From NCBI GenBank assembly GCA_964106645.2, contig OZ067043.1: a DNA stretch of 64,000 nucleotides. One strand, written 5' to 3'. The stretch's first letter is position 1. Each line of letters begins with the position of its first letter. The notes under the pieces are model-generated. The model did not search any database, had not been told where the DNA came from, and saw only the letters and a list, made by a program, of their open reading frames with translations. The translations under genes were made by a program, and so were the position numbers. The DNA is from Podarcis pityusensis. Lineage: Eukaryota. Below are positions 22,201 to 37,200 of this stretch, piece after piece.

Positions 22201-25161
22201 CTAAACAACTTTTCAAAAGGGTGTTTGCTCCTGGTTCTTCCTCTACAGTTTGCCACCTTGAATTAAAGCACATAACTGTCAGGCCTTTATTGCAAGATGA
22301 CACCAAATTAATTATGAAGTCTAGCCACTTGTGAGGGGATCAGTTGATTTTGCTGCCCTAGGCTTTGCTGGGAGGAACGGTGGGATATGAATTTAATAAA
22401 TAAACAAATAATATATTTTCATATTCACTTTCAGCTCCGCTGCCTTCTTCCTGGGAAACAGAATGATACCTGAAAATACAGCTATCAGTTATCCCTAGTA
22501 TAGCCTGGTGCAGTCAGTGTGGTACAGTGGCTGCAGAGCTGGATTAGACCCCTGGAATACCAGGGTTCAAATCCCCATTTGGCCATGAGGCTCACTGGGA
22601 GCCAGTGTGGTGTAGTGGTTAAGAGCGGTAGTCACGTAATCTGGGGAACCGGGTTCGCGTCTCCGCTCCTCCACATGCAGCTGCTGGGTGACCTTGGGCC
22701 AGTCACACTTCTTTGAAGTCTCTCAGCCCCACTCACCTCACAGAGTGTTTGTTGTGGGGGAGGAAGGGAAAGGAGATTGTTAGCCGCTTTGAGACTCCTT
22801 AGGGTAGTGATAAAGCGGGATATCAAATCCAAACTCTTCTTCTTCTTCTTCTGGGTGGCCTTGGGCCATTCACCCCCTCCCAGCCTAACCTACTTCACAG
22901 GGTTGTTGTGAGAATAAAATGAGGAGCAGGAGAACTGAGATGAAAGGCAGGATAGAATTGTAATAGTAAGAAATAGAAAGAAAACTAAAAAAGAAAAAGA
23001 TACTAACTTTGGCTGTATACTGTCAAATATTTCTTGAAGTGCTATTGCTCCGTATCTTACACAATACAAGTTGATAAAGACTAAGAAACCTATTAAAAGA
23101 AGAAGAATGAATCAGAAGCTGTAAAAGAGCACGTATAACAGTATTAATATGTGTCTCTCTCTTCTATAAAATCACAGTGAATAAGCATCTGTATCTTTCC
23201 GGCTATCTGTCGACAAAACTTCTTTGCTGGTTTCACAGGGTCTCTAGGACCCACCTGGCAAAGCTGTTATGCAGAGGGACCAACTCCATCACAAATCCCC
23301 ACCAACCCAGCTCTTATACTAGGTAGGCACAAAGTTCAAGCTTCAATGAATATTCCTCTCTTTGCCTCCAAATCCTGTTACTCTGACCAATATGCCCTTT
23401 ACAGTGGTACCTTCAGTTATGAATGGGATCCGTTCCGGAGTCCCGGCTGTATCCCGAAAATGTCATAACCAGAGGACCGCTTGTGCGCACGTGCGAGCGG
23501 CAAACCCACTTCTGGGTTTGCCACGGCCTTAACCTGAACGTTACGCAACACAAGGTACCACTGTATTGCCATCTTTGAAATCAAATCAAAAGACAAGTGA
23601 TGATTGTTCTGATCCAAAGCATACTAAGCCCCTCAGGGCAGAGTTCTTCCCCAAATCTATCAGCCATAAAACAAATAGCTTACTTTTGATAAATTTTGTT
23701 GTTTTGGAATTCTGAAGTCTTTGGAATAACAGGATGAATATTTGTTTCCTGTACTGATCAATGGATTCACTAGAAAGACAAAAATACGTTGAAACCGGTT
23801 AATCAATCCAGTATGCCCTTTGAGTGTACTATTTCTTAACTTTCTTTTGGCATATTTTGAGTACATCCGATGGGAGATCTACAATAATGCAAGCTAATAG
23901 CAGCAAAATTACTTGAATTTGGTATGTTCATACTCACGGGGGCATATGTTCTATAATACTGTTGAGAAGGTAGAATCCTTGATGGTCATTAAGTTTAGAG
24001 GCAATAAGTTTCTGGAACACACCCAAAAGTCCAGGCTGTAAATTAAGGAAAACACAAAGTTTTGCATCGGCCTCCACAGTCACAGCAGGCACTGCAACGT
24101 TCCAACAGCTTGACCTCACCTCCAAAGGTGCACTCCTCTGTTGTCTCCCAAGACAGACAGATGCCAGCAAATTATTAACAGTAAAATGATCTGGCAGCTA
24201 CAAAATCTACCCAGAATGGAATTATGATGTAACTGACTACCAGAGGAGAACAGCCAATGAGTCTGGGAACTGATTTAACTCTGCCTAGTTAAACTTGCCT
24301 AGCAATGGGGTAAAAAACTGAGTTAAGATTATTCAGGAATTTCAGATCATAGCTGGGTATTCAGCAGTGCTAGGATAGATTGAATGCACTACTGAAAAGT
24401 ATTGCTTTCATGGGAAAGAAGTATCTAGCTCATCTAATAATTTTATGGCTTATGTAACTAGCTTGCATGGCTTGGAAACAACAGGGAAAATATATAGCCA
24501 TTCATTCTCTGTAAGTGACAAATGCCTAGCATCAAGTGCAGATTAAGAATTTAAGTCCTGCAGGATCAGACCTAACTAGTTCCACATTCTGTTCCCTGAT
24601 TGGCTACCCAGACCCCTATGGGAAGCCCATAAGAGGACATGAGCAAACCAGCACTCTCCAACAGACTGGAAGGGCTGCTTTTGGGGGCTGGCATCTTTAT
24701 GAGAATTCTAAACGGAAACCCAGCCAGTAATCTCTTCAGTCTGCAAAAATCTGAAGTCAGTAAGACTTCCATTCCCAAACATAATGAAAGTGGCTCTGGG
24801 GGCTGTAGGGGAGCCTCAGGTGGATCTCATTTCCTTCTCTGAATGAAAGCAGCATTTCCATTTGTGGAGGGGCAAATCTGAATCCATTCCAACATGAAAA
24901 GAAACTTGCTCAAGATAATACATTCAAAATGTGTCATTTTCTACAATGAAGCATATGCATAGCATCTTTGAATTCTGCCTTCTAGGATCGCAGTCTGGTG
25001 CAGACTTTTCCCTTAGTGATAGCCATTAGAGTCTAATAAAGTTTTGTAACTTCACAAGCTAACTTGAATTAACAGCTTGGATTTCCAGGGTGAGTAAAAG
25101 ATAATTCATTCTTTCTGATATCTACTAACACAGGAGAGGGTCTCCAACCTCTTTTTTTATG

Positions 25162-25203
<42 letters not shown>

Positions 25204-28200
25204 AGAAATCAAGCAATGCAATCAGTGTATACATACAATTTTGTCAGCTGCGGCATTTGCTATCGTGCTGGCACCTCTCTCCAAGTAGGCTTGAAGGAGT
25301 CTCACCAAAGGGGGGATGTTTCCTGACCTCTCCCACAAGACTGGCTGAAGCAGGTGTGGAAATAAGGCCATATACGACGATGGGATGTCATTTTTATGCA
25401 TTTCCAGAAGCAGAGACATCACTTGAAACACATATGGAATGAATTCTGTTGAAAGGGGAAGACAGTTTATAAGCGACAGGAGGGTGTATTCATGTGTGCA
25501 AATACTGATACCTACAGTATAATCCAAAGGAGCATTTTGTGATTTTGAGCTGGTTGTGAACTCTCAGTCTAACCTACCTCCTCAGAGAATGAGAAACCAC
25601 CATTTATAGCACCCTGAGGTTATTGGAGTAAGGGTGGGCTAATAACATAAATAAATGAATATAGCCACACAAACTAAGATTTTTCTTCTTTTGGTTTACA
25701 TAAAGATAAGAAGATATGGGTGGTCATATGTACATCTGCCAAATATAAAAAGGTGTAAATAGGTATATTTTCAATTAGATAAATAAATAATGGCTACTTG
25801 AACTGCAGACACTGCTTATACCATATTTCAAAGAAGCCAGATCATGTTTTATTTTTACCTTGCACGTCATTCTGCAGAATCTCTGTGAACACCATAAACA
25901 AAGCATCTTCAAAGCTTCCAATAGCAGTGGGGTTTGCTTTGCAAGTTATCCTTATTGACAAGCAAATTGATTCAAACATGTAATGATTAAAGTGAGGCTT
26001 GCTTGGATTCTAAAAAGGAAAAGGAAAAAAGGAAGACGTGAACACCACAAAATCACTGATAAGATTCTTACTTAAACTAAAAAGCAAGAAGTTGCTTTCA
26101 GTGCAACTATCATTACCTAAAACATGATAATTCTAGTCACACCATAGGAAAGCAAACAGTTAACCTCTGACATGAGCCTCCTCCAATCTCCAATCAGGTC
26201 AAAATCTGAAAATGGCCATATTTAGCTTGTATCTGGCTAGAATCTCCTCTTGAATTCCCAAGGCCGCCTTAGATGAATATCAACACGCTTCTGACTACCA
26301 AGTTACTTTTCACCATATAGATTAAAAGTTACAACAATTATAGGTGGACGTACAACTATATATTAAGAAAAATCACATGACAAGCTTAAATGCTTCCATG
26401 CAAGTTCCAATCACAATTTTTACTATAACTTACTAGATCCTCATTTAACTCGCATGGAAATTACATGAAAACACAGTGAAAAAATATTTTGATGTTTATT
26501 AACTATTAATTTTATTCAGCAGACACACTTGGGGGTTTTTTGGCTATGCTTTTATATGTACATTTGTTCTGTAGTATTCAGTGGAATCTCCTGATGTGCC
26601 TCTACAAAAATTCAATAGAATTCTTTTAAAAAGCGGATACAGTGATATAAGTAAGAGAAAACCTAAGGTTAAAATAAAGTTGTATTCAATAGCTCTTGTC
26701 CATAAACACAAGCCCAGAGCAGCACTGTGTGCGCAGATCCACTGTGTGCCCAGTGGATCTTGGGATCATGGTGAGTACCTCCCCCCCCCCAATAATTTGG
26801 TTCCCTAACAAGGATTCAAGCAAGCTTTATTTTTTAAATTGGCGAGGAATTACATCAACACAAGTGACAAAAAGTGAACCTCTAAATCAGGTTGAGAAAA
26901 GGGGAACAGAAGAAAGCAATAGTATCTTCTTTTTTACCTTACTGACAGCAAGCAGTTTCTGTGTGAGTTGAGTGATGAGAGAAGGGATGTAGGGAATTAT
27001 GGCTTCCTGAAGTAGGGAAAAGCTTCTCATGATAGCTGGAAATTCAGAGATTTATATTACTGAATGCAGAAACAACAGCAACATTAAGCTTAACATTACC
27101 TTTTTTCCCTTGCATAAAAATACTAGATCTTGTAGGTTGCATCCAAGATAAGAACTTGTTTATTAAGTTTTATATAGGCACGTAGCACTGCATTCAAAAA
27201 TACTAATGGGAGAACCTCTAAGATAGAAAAAGTGGTTTAAATTTGAGGGTAACTATTTGGACTAATAAATGTAGCCTCTTACCTTTCATAATATACTCAT
27301 TTTCTGATGACCCTGGAAGTGTCAGTGCTTTGAAAAGGTTTGTTAGCAGCATTTCTGTATATGGTGCCATCTCTGCAGCCGTAATCCTGTAGAGGAAAAG
27401 AGTGTTTGATTATCACCAATGTTTTTCCAATGACTCATCAAGATCCTCTACTTTGGAGAGTCTTACCAATCCTGAATGGACACCAGAGGGAATGCAAGAA
27501 CATATGAAATCCTAGAGTATGACAGTGCAAGGGACAGAGAGATGGAGAAGGCCAACTCATTTTCAAGTGCCTCTGCAGCACAGTCAACTTGGAAATCAGC
27601 TAAAAACTCTGGTTTTAGAAAATGAAAGAACTAGCATAATAAATACACATGTGTGGTTTTATCAATTTAGGATTCTACATATACAGTGAGGGATATAGCC
27701 AGAGCGGCAAGAAATCAATGAATAGATGAGTGTAACATATATATACCTGAACATAAACTTACAGTGTAGTGTTGTTAGCTCCTTTCATTGTAAATAACCT
27801 TTCAAGAGCATGGGCTGCGTAAGTATGAACTACAATGCTTTCTGCTTGAAGATGATTGATTAGGAGAGGAATAGACACCAATAGTTGTTCTTTGGGTACC
27901 TACAAAATAGACACAAGTAAAAATGCTTTAGAAGCAAGTACCAAGCAGTTTTGGAAGAATTAGGTCAGAAACAATGGACTGAAACATTCCATCTGTTATT
28001 ACAATGTTTTGGTCATTGCAACTGTTATATAAGCAGACCACTGTAACTTTCCTGCATGAGGTATATATACATTGTGCAGCCATACCTGTATTAAGCTTTT
28101 TTAAAAATTACTGTGCATATTCTATTAAACCAAGGTCATGGGTCAAGTAAGAGTTCCTAGCCACAGCAATTCAATGTGGGTGGGGAAATCTGTGGGGGAA

Positions 28201-31200
28201 GAACTGACAGCAGCAACTGCAGACACCGTGTGTGTTGGGTGTGGGGGAGGAAAAACAAGCACAGCAGCTCTAGAGCCAGCAATTTCCCCCTCCCTTGCTG
28301 GGGAAGCAAGAGATCTTTGGAGCCTATGGACCCCAAGCCTCTCTTTCATGTGCCCCTTACATGTCCCTTTTTACCTCCTTACTGCCAAATCACTGATAGT
28401 AGAGGGACAGCCTTGGAGGCTGCTGCAGCCACAACAAAGAGGTTTCCAGGAGGCCACAGAAACTGAGGCTCATGAAATCCTATGGTCCCCAGGATGCTGT
28501 CCCATGGACCTTTGGAATGTTTTGCATATTAGAAGATTGCATAGCTGAAGATTTTAAAAGATATCACACACACGAAAACAGGAGCACTTTCTGTACCTGT
28601 TCTAAGAAACATAAAGTATGAAATTAGAGAATCTTCCCCAAATCAATTATGATCTGTTCACTGGATTCCAGGGAAAGGGTTTTGTCATCTGTATACTGTA
28701 ACTTTTTCAGAATTGGAGGTTTTAAAATGGGGGGTGGGGTACCCTAAAATAATTTATGTTATTTTCCAGAAGTACTGATACCACATTGTGAAACAATTAG
28801 TACAGTTCTAGGTACACCATTTGCAGTATTTTTCCCACACAAAAAATAGTCTATCATACAATTTCAGCTGGATGTTAAGAACTCTGAATGATGATACAAC
28901 TTACTTGGTTCCTGAAAATCATGATGTACTTGATACCGTCAGCCTTAAGCACAGGAAACTCATTCACTGCCAAAAAGTTAATACTAGTTACTTATGCGGT
29001 TACCATATGGACAAAATTAGATATATAATAGAAGTTCAAAGTCCCTCAAATTTCACAGCATATTCCCACAATTTATCAACAGAATAAAGATTCCCACTGA
29101 CAGTCTCAAGCTTAAGGAGAGACAAGATTGCAGAATGACACACACACAAAAATGCTCTTCACTTGGCTCTCCTTTGTTCTGTCCCCATACCCATTACCCC
29201 ACCCAACTTCAAAAAAATAACTCCAGCCACCCTCAATTTCTGGACCCACATTAAAAACACAGGAAGCCGTCTTCTACTATGTCAGAACACTGGTCTACCT
29301 TGACAAATATCGTCAACTCAAACAGTGGGGAACATAAGGTCCTGGCACTGTACACAAGCCACACCCCCTCCCCAACTTTTCCCTCTCCCCCTGGTTGGAA
29401 TGTGCCCATGAACTCCGATAATGGCTCTTGCTTGCCTACACAGAGGACAGAGAGGAGTGTGAGACATGCATACAAACTAGTTTATTGTATAAAGGCAAAA
29501 TCTGCATTCATTGCTCTGCCCACTTTTGTCGTTGGCCCTGCCCACCACTTGCATGTGGCCCCTGAAAGGTTGCTTTGATAATCTTCAGCCGATAAGGGTT
29601 CCGCACCCCAGGCCACTCTGAGTGGCAGAGGCTTTCCAGGATCTTGGACAGTTTGCCCACCGATACCAGGTGTGCATCTACAAAAATACAATATACAAGG
29701 CAATCCACTAAAACCTGGTAAGAAATTAAAGAGATCTTATGACTGTTTTAGTTATCTATGCCCATGTCTTCCCTGCATGACACAACAACACAGATCCAAA
29801 ATTATTCCCATGTTTGTTTACATTTATTGGTGTTACAGATGTTTAATATAGAATTATAAGCATACCATTAGGAGACTTCAGGTCTGGTAGAATGTGATTC
29901 ACAAAGAATTCCGTCAGGTTTACAAGTTCATTGGCTTGTGTTATTCCATGCTAGGATGAAGCAAGTGTGATAAAAGAATCATAAACAATATTAATTGCTG
30001 GACTGGTTTATAGAAGCTCCCATTTACACACTAATGAAGTTTGCATGTGAATGATATCTGGCAGTTTCTGTAAGTATTCATTGTATATACTTTGGCTTCA
30101 AGCATTGGATTGTGAATGGGAGAAGGAATGAGTACTCTTATATTCTACTTATAGGATACTAGGTTAGCCTATTTCAGATATCTAATATAGTTATGAAAGG
30201 TGCAAGTGAAAGGTAGGTTAACCACAATACATTTTATGCCATGTCTTCTAAAATGTAAAAAACACAACTTTGATAGAAACAGCCTATATTGCAAACATAA
30301 TAATAGTCCTGAAAAAAAGCTAATTCTCCATATGCTCATGACTGTTATGTCAATTTAGGTTTTTATTGTAGAGGTGCTCTAAATCTGTGAAGTAATGTAA
30401 TCAGTACTTCTAATTTCAATTGTTGGTAAAATGGAAATTCCCATTCGAGATAACAGAGCAGCACATGGCTATCCCCAAAGCACCAAAAATTATAAAGCTG
30501 GGCCACTGTTCTGAAACTTTATTTTCCATATGTCCCACCTCTTATATTTACATCAAGTGCTGAAGTCCCCACCCCAACATTCTGCCAAGCATAGAAGAGA
30601 TTGTTAAACCATAGCAATCCAATCCTTGAACACTTACATTAGCATACTTCCAAGAAGGCATGCATGGGAATGCAACAAAATTGGAAGCAGTGACTGCAGA
30701 GGTTGGTCCCAGGGCAAATACCAAATTTTGCTCATGGGTTGACCTACTCTATCTAAACTATTCCAAAGTCAATTTTATATATCTAAAAGTCTGTGGGTCA
30801 TAAACATGTCATTACTGTGAAGAAAGCTCTTCCACGGAGTGCTTACTATTAAATAATGGTTCTTCTCCCCAAGGAAATGGGTCTGGATGGGTATTCAACT
30901 TATGTACCCTGTGATGCAAACAAGTACCTTTTGTGTCTGAGCTTTCGATGCCAAAGATGTTACAAGGTAAATAGCAGCATCTTTATGCTTCCAGTTGACA
31001 GATGGATTCTTTGCATACTCTTGCAGCATAGAGTTAACGTAACCAGAAAAGATCCCAGTAACAGGTCCTTCAAAAAACTTGCACAACCCTCTCACAAGAT
31101 CACAGGCTGCTCTGCGTCTGGTATCAATATCTGCAAGGCAGAGATAAAAACAAGATGCATTATGGGTTATATTAAAACAACGTTTCTTCATTTTGAAGCT

Positions 31201-34200
31201 CTGCTTGCAAAACGGCTAAATTGGATTCGCCCTGCTGTGCTTCAGGGACAGAGCAATTTGCTAAAATAGGCTTCTCTATTATTATTCATATAAATCATGC
31301 TAGTGGTATTAAGGAATGCAGAATTACAAAATCTGCCAAAATATTGATTCTCATGAATATAAATGAAAGCAAAAACTGCAGGGCCATAGCATCAAAACAC
31401 AAGTAAAATAACATTCAGAAGAATTTTGGGACTATTTAAAGGATAGTTTAGGATACTATAAAACTTATCCTGACACAGTCAGCAATTTAAGATCACAAGG
31501 GGAACAAATGGTTCACTAAGAATGACTGCTCCCTGCAACATGTGCCCCTCAAAGGCTCAGAAGAAACTCTCAGTCCCAGAGTTCAATGGGTTTTAAATTC
31601 CAAGTGTGCACATATATAACTGAGACTTTTGAGTAAGAAGTATGTAAAGCACTCAACCCAAATGCATCTGCTTCTTTGGTACTCCATAGAAACAGACTAT
31701 ACATTAGAAGAGAGGGTGTGAAAAGCTACAAGAAGAAAATTCTGGCTGATGTAAAGAAGAACTTCATAGAGATCTGTTTGGAGTAACTCAGGAGTGGAGG
31801 CTGAGCTTTCAGTAGGAGAAGGCTGTAGGCACTCGATAAATAAAGTGCAACAACCATTTAATCTGATGTAGTGCTAGGCCTTCTAGTGTTGCAGTAATAC
31901 ACCAGCAACTTCTAAAAAGCAAGACAAAAACAAGTAACCCTTAAAGCAAGCAAAATTGCCTTAAGGCTTGTCAGATGAACCCCCACCCCCAATAGCCAAC
32001 AAATGTGCTCATCCATGGAATCACAGGAAAAGCGCAAAAACCCACACCATTACATATTTGAATCCCAAAGGGAAGAAGTATTACGACTGCATGCCTATTC
32101 AAGGGAAGACAATTAATGCATGTACATGTCAACACTTCAGAAAACTGCATCAGTTCTCAAATGCCATTATACACCCAGTATAGAACTGCTTACCAGATCC
32201 TTCCAAATCTCTTCTGATATATTCTTCAGAATTATCTTCAAAGGCTTCTTCATCAGCAGCTGCAGAAAAGCAGTCCACAAACATGTAAAGGATCAGCCAT
32301 GATATACAAACTGCATTTATTTTAATATAACATATGCTTGTAAATAAATTTAAATCACCTATTATTGGGCTCTATTTTATGAAGGTACCATGATCAAGGC
32401 AATGGGAGTTCGTGAACCATCAGTATTTTAAATGAGAGTAGTAAATAAAGTTCTCATCTAGAATACTCAGGCCAGGGTCCAAATTACATTGTGGAACTAT
32501 TTTTGTAACGCCATGCACGGTGTTTACTCCTCCTTTAAATAGCAACCCTGCACCATACTGCACAGCAAATTAGTTTTGAAACAGAGAGATTTCCAGAAGC
32601 AGCAGCTTATGGTATAGCATTAGTCTTCAAAGGCAAAAAGTAAAAGATTCCATTGGCATGAGATGCTCTTTAGATCCTGATCACAACCAATGTATATCTC
32701 TGTATGACAAAATATTGAGGATAGCTTGGAGTAGCTGGGGATTTTCACCATTGGGCTGCTTCAGACATAAAGCCAAATCTTTAACAACAAACTTTGAAGC
32801 AGCCGCTTCTTAGACATGATGATTCCCTAACTTCTTTCATCATCTGAGGCAAACTATGATTTACCATTTCATCTGAACTGCCAAAATTATAGCTTGTACT
32901 TGGCCCAGCAAACTAAGACTGGAAATCAGTTTGAGATACTGAAAGATTCATTTCAGTACAAAAACTTTCTTTGGCATTACGTATGAACAACTTCATGACA
33001 GAGACAGCGGAAAATCCAATTAATGTAAAAGCAGTGTACTACACTCAGATTAAACTGAGCTAGAAACACTGGTGGAAGAGGAACTCAACTCTTCCAAACT
33101 GGTGAGTTACTTCAGTCACTCATGATGGGATGGGATACCTGTACCCCTCTGGATACTGCTGGAATCCCAACTCCCATCAGCCCCGCCCAGCGTGACCGAT
33201 GGTCAGAAATAGTGGGAGTTGCAGTCCAACAACAGCTGGAGTGACAGAAGTTCCCCAACTCTGACGGACATACATATTACATATATATTAAAGGGAAGTG
33301 CAGTTCTGAGAGTGCAGAACAGAAAATGCCTCGCAAAACCATGCTGCAAACCTCTTGAACGCAAATGGCCACAAATACAGTCCATTACTTGGCTACTGTG
33401 CCAGTTCTAAAGCCCTCATTGTTAAAAACTCAATTTTTGCTTTCCTGGAAAATTTTAATCAAGATTTTAAAGAAAGGAACTATTTACCTCTAAATTCCAT
33501 GTTGGGAACAATGACTTTTTCACAAATACTTGTCAGTGTATTCTGGTCTTCAAACAGGTGCTTATAATGGGGCCTCTCACAAACCGAAGCTAGAAACTGG
33601 ATTGCATTACTTACCAACTGCGGGGGGGAAAACACAAAATGAGCATAATCTGAAGAAGACCTAAAAAAAGGTTCATTTATTTCAAGCTGGATGGAAGAGA
33701 GTCACTTACCAAATCATATTTAACTTCTTGCCCTGTTGTGACTAATAAATTCCAGATTGCTGTGACAAAACGGGGCAGGTAAGGCTGAAATTCTTCATCA
33801 TATTTTTGGGCGTACAAAGCTGCATTGTCACAAATTTGGGATTTCAAAAGCTCTAGCAGACCAGCTTCTTCTTCATCCTAGCAACAAAAAAGAAGCACCA
33901 CCAACGTATTTGGAAAATGTAGTCTCCTAGTACCCCTGACATCTGCCAAAGCAGCAAGTAAAGTAAATGAAAGGAGGGGATTTGGAGGCAGGAGGAGGGC
34001 AGGATGGTCAGGAGGCTCAGGGGATGAAAACGGGACAATAACACATGCCTAAGGGCATCATCTAGGGTAAAAGTCCCAACTGGGTTCCAAAATCAGCCAA
34101 GCTATTCCCCATGTCTTGAAAAAGTAGTTTGTGTTGCCCAAAGCCAAAATCCTAGTCTGGCTGGAGAAATGTTCCCAAACACTAACAGAAAGTGAGGTCA

Positions 34201-37200
34201 GATTAACTAGATGCTCATCCGAGGGCAGGCTTGGTAGCATTTCCCTCTTCCAAAGCCAATTTCTCATTGCCCAGTCATCACATATGACCATGACAAGAGA
34301 ATTACTACTATCAACTTATGGACCCAGTGCTATGGTATGTTATACAAAGGGACGCAATTTTTTATTTGAGAAAATTACCATCTACCTTTAATTTTTCCTA
34401 TACTGGCTCCACAATTTCCCTCCAAGAAAATGACAAAAATCAGAATTACTTGAGCTACTGCAATTTCAGTGTCCTGTTCAGAACCCAGGAAAGCTTCTTT
34501 TTTGCAGCTCAAGTGGAGTGTTGAATTCCCTTTCCCATTACACAGAAATTTTCCAAAAGATTTTATGCCAGAGAAGAGGAAACTGTGACCCTCCAAATTT
34601 TGTTGACTCCATCAAATTAAGTCAGCATAACCAACAATCAGGGATGATGAGTTTTAGTCTAGCAACATCTGGAGAGCGACAGCTTCTCTATCCCACTTTT
34701 ATGTTGCTACTTACATCTGTCTGTAAGAGTTTGTTATCCAAAGTTAGAAGATTATGGAAATTCATCATCCAGGTTTCCATGTTATCTTCAAAAAATTCAG
34801 GAAGATCCTACAAAATAGAGAAGTAGATCCACATCCGTAGTTATTTTTCTATTAGGTAACTGCTTATTTAAGAAGCATACTTTCCTGTCTATTTTGGCAT
34901 GCAACCTGCTCAAAGAAATACAGAATCACCACATTACTTTTTTTTAAAAAAGAGAAGGTATGAAACATAATTTTCAACTGCTAAAGGAAATCCAAAGCCC
35001 AAGAGACACAAACCAAGTCAATTTCTCTGTAGCTTTTAACGTGTGTAGCTCATCAACCTTCTCCTCAGTTTTCAATCAGCATAGCAGGAGCTGTGTAACA
35101 ACCAGCTTGCTTTACGGCTTGACAGTGCTTCAAGGCAATGGAACTGCAGCCTATTGTGTCAGATCCGTTTTGCTCACCCAGGGTTCCCAGAATTAAGGGT
35201 CATTGTGGACCACATTAGTCTTATTAACAGATGCATGTAAGCCCTGCTTCTTTATTTACTGGCCTACCATTATGCCTATGAAGAGTAAAAAACAAGCACC
35301 CCCCACCTTTCCTTTGACTTAATTAAACTTAAGTAGGTTTATTACCCCTAAATTTGAGAGGTTCTGTCTGTCAACAGCTATCATTCCCTCTGTTCTTTTG
35401 TCTCCTGACACAACCTTTGATCAAATCCAGTCTTACCAAAAATAATAAGCGCTGAATCCAAATCTGAAAGCCAAGCTTCTTATACTAAAAGGTTACATGC
35501 ACATTACTTTAGATTTGTTAAAGCTCTAACAAACAACTTATCCTAGCACACTTATGGAGCACTGACATTTGGCCAGATACTTGCGTTTTTAAACACTCTA
35601 GCATCTCCAAAACCCATCAAGAATTTTGGCTAGCAGCACCGAGGTTTTTAATCACGCAGTTATCCATCAGTGAAATTGCTCCTATACAGAAAGTTGCTTG
35701 CAGGATCAGAACTATCCACTAGAAGAGCATGTAAAAGATGGCTTACCTGAAAATTTAAACTGTAGAACAGCTTAGCAATCAGAATCAGAGATGAGAAGAG
35801 TACTTTCAAAGCACTGACATCATTTGCATGAGTACTACAAAGCTCAATTGTGGCCTGGAAAAGAGCAATTTTAATAGCAATCACCAACAAAATCTATTCA
35901 GACACTTGCCAATGCTGTTCCACTTCTTTGAAAGCTCACTGATGCCACAAATTCATGCCTCTCATCCAAATTCAACTAAATGTAATTTCTCTTTTCTATT
36001 AAAAGCACAATATATGTACAAAACCAGATAAGCTAAAACATCAATAAAATATAAAAGCAACAAAACAAAAAGGCACAGCCTAAAAAACAGAGGTCTGAAC
36101 ACCACTAGCATTGTTTTAATAAAAACATCTTAATTTAGCATCAATTATTGCAGTTATTAATAAACAGCATATTATAAGGTGCTAACACATCCTCTTTAAG
36201 AACAGACAGAGTAAGCATGGAAGATTTTAGTTCAAACTTTATCTTCTTCACCTTATATATCTGACTATCGCAGCAGCTAGGACAAAAGTAGGAACTTCAT
36301 AATAGTCAACATAAAATGCTTTATGTTGGCTGTGAAGTTAAAAAAATACATTACACAGAAGGTATATAAATCAATTCCAGATTTCAAATACAACACTGTA
36401 CCTTAAAGAGATTTGTCAAGGGAAGTGCGAAAGCATCAAGAACAAGTTTGATCTCTGTCCACAGTTCATTTGATTTAAACTCATGACGATACCTGACAAA
36501 TGAAGGAAATCAGAGCTATTTAATTTGCGTGATCATTTTCTATGAATTTGAAAACTTGAGCCAAGCAAAAGAAAGAAGTTAGCAGTTGAAAGGCATTATT
36601 GCTAGAACAGAGTGCTTTTACTTTCAAAACAGAACTTGGAAATTCATGGCCTTCACCCACTACCTTTTGAATAAAGAATGTGCTGTACGAAGAACTCCAT
36701 TAATAACATGGAAGTCTCCACTCTGAAAGCGATTCACCATCTCCGTTAGCAGATCAGGCCATTTCTGAGGGAAGTCTTCTCTACCAATTATGCTGATAGC
36801 ATCACTTAACTAGGACAGAGAGAGACAGAAACGTTATGTAGATATTTGCATGGAGATAAACAACCACCTTACAGTTAACTCAAGACAGGCTTTCTACATG
36901 TTAAGTATGCAACTGCCAGTGACAAAAGCAGGTGCATGTGTACCTCCCTGATCCTCTCTGCAGTATCTAGCAGATCTTATTCATGACACCACAACTTTCC
37001 CCCCTTCCCCACCCCACTGTCAGTGGCAGCATGATGGGACAGTGGACCATGTGAAATCATGACAGTGGTACACGATACTATGGAGGGCGAATTGCATGTA
37101 CAGCTACCATTTTCAGTGGCAGACTCACATTCGGTGTCCTGGCTCATTTTGCCTTAAGAATATGCCACTTTTACTCTATCCAACTAAATAGATCCACTAG

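Noticed and set aside
30856-31269. Plus-strand ORFs opposite CSE1L exons (also 20107, 21426, 34518)
   Set aside because: Antisense shadows of real coding exons.
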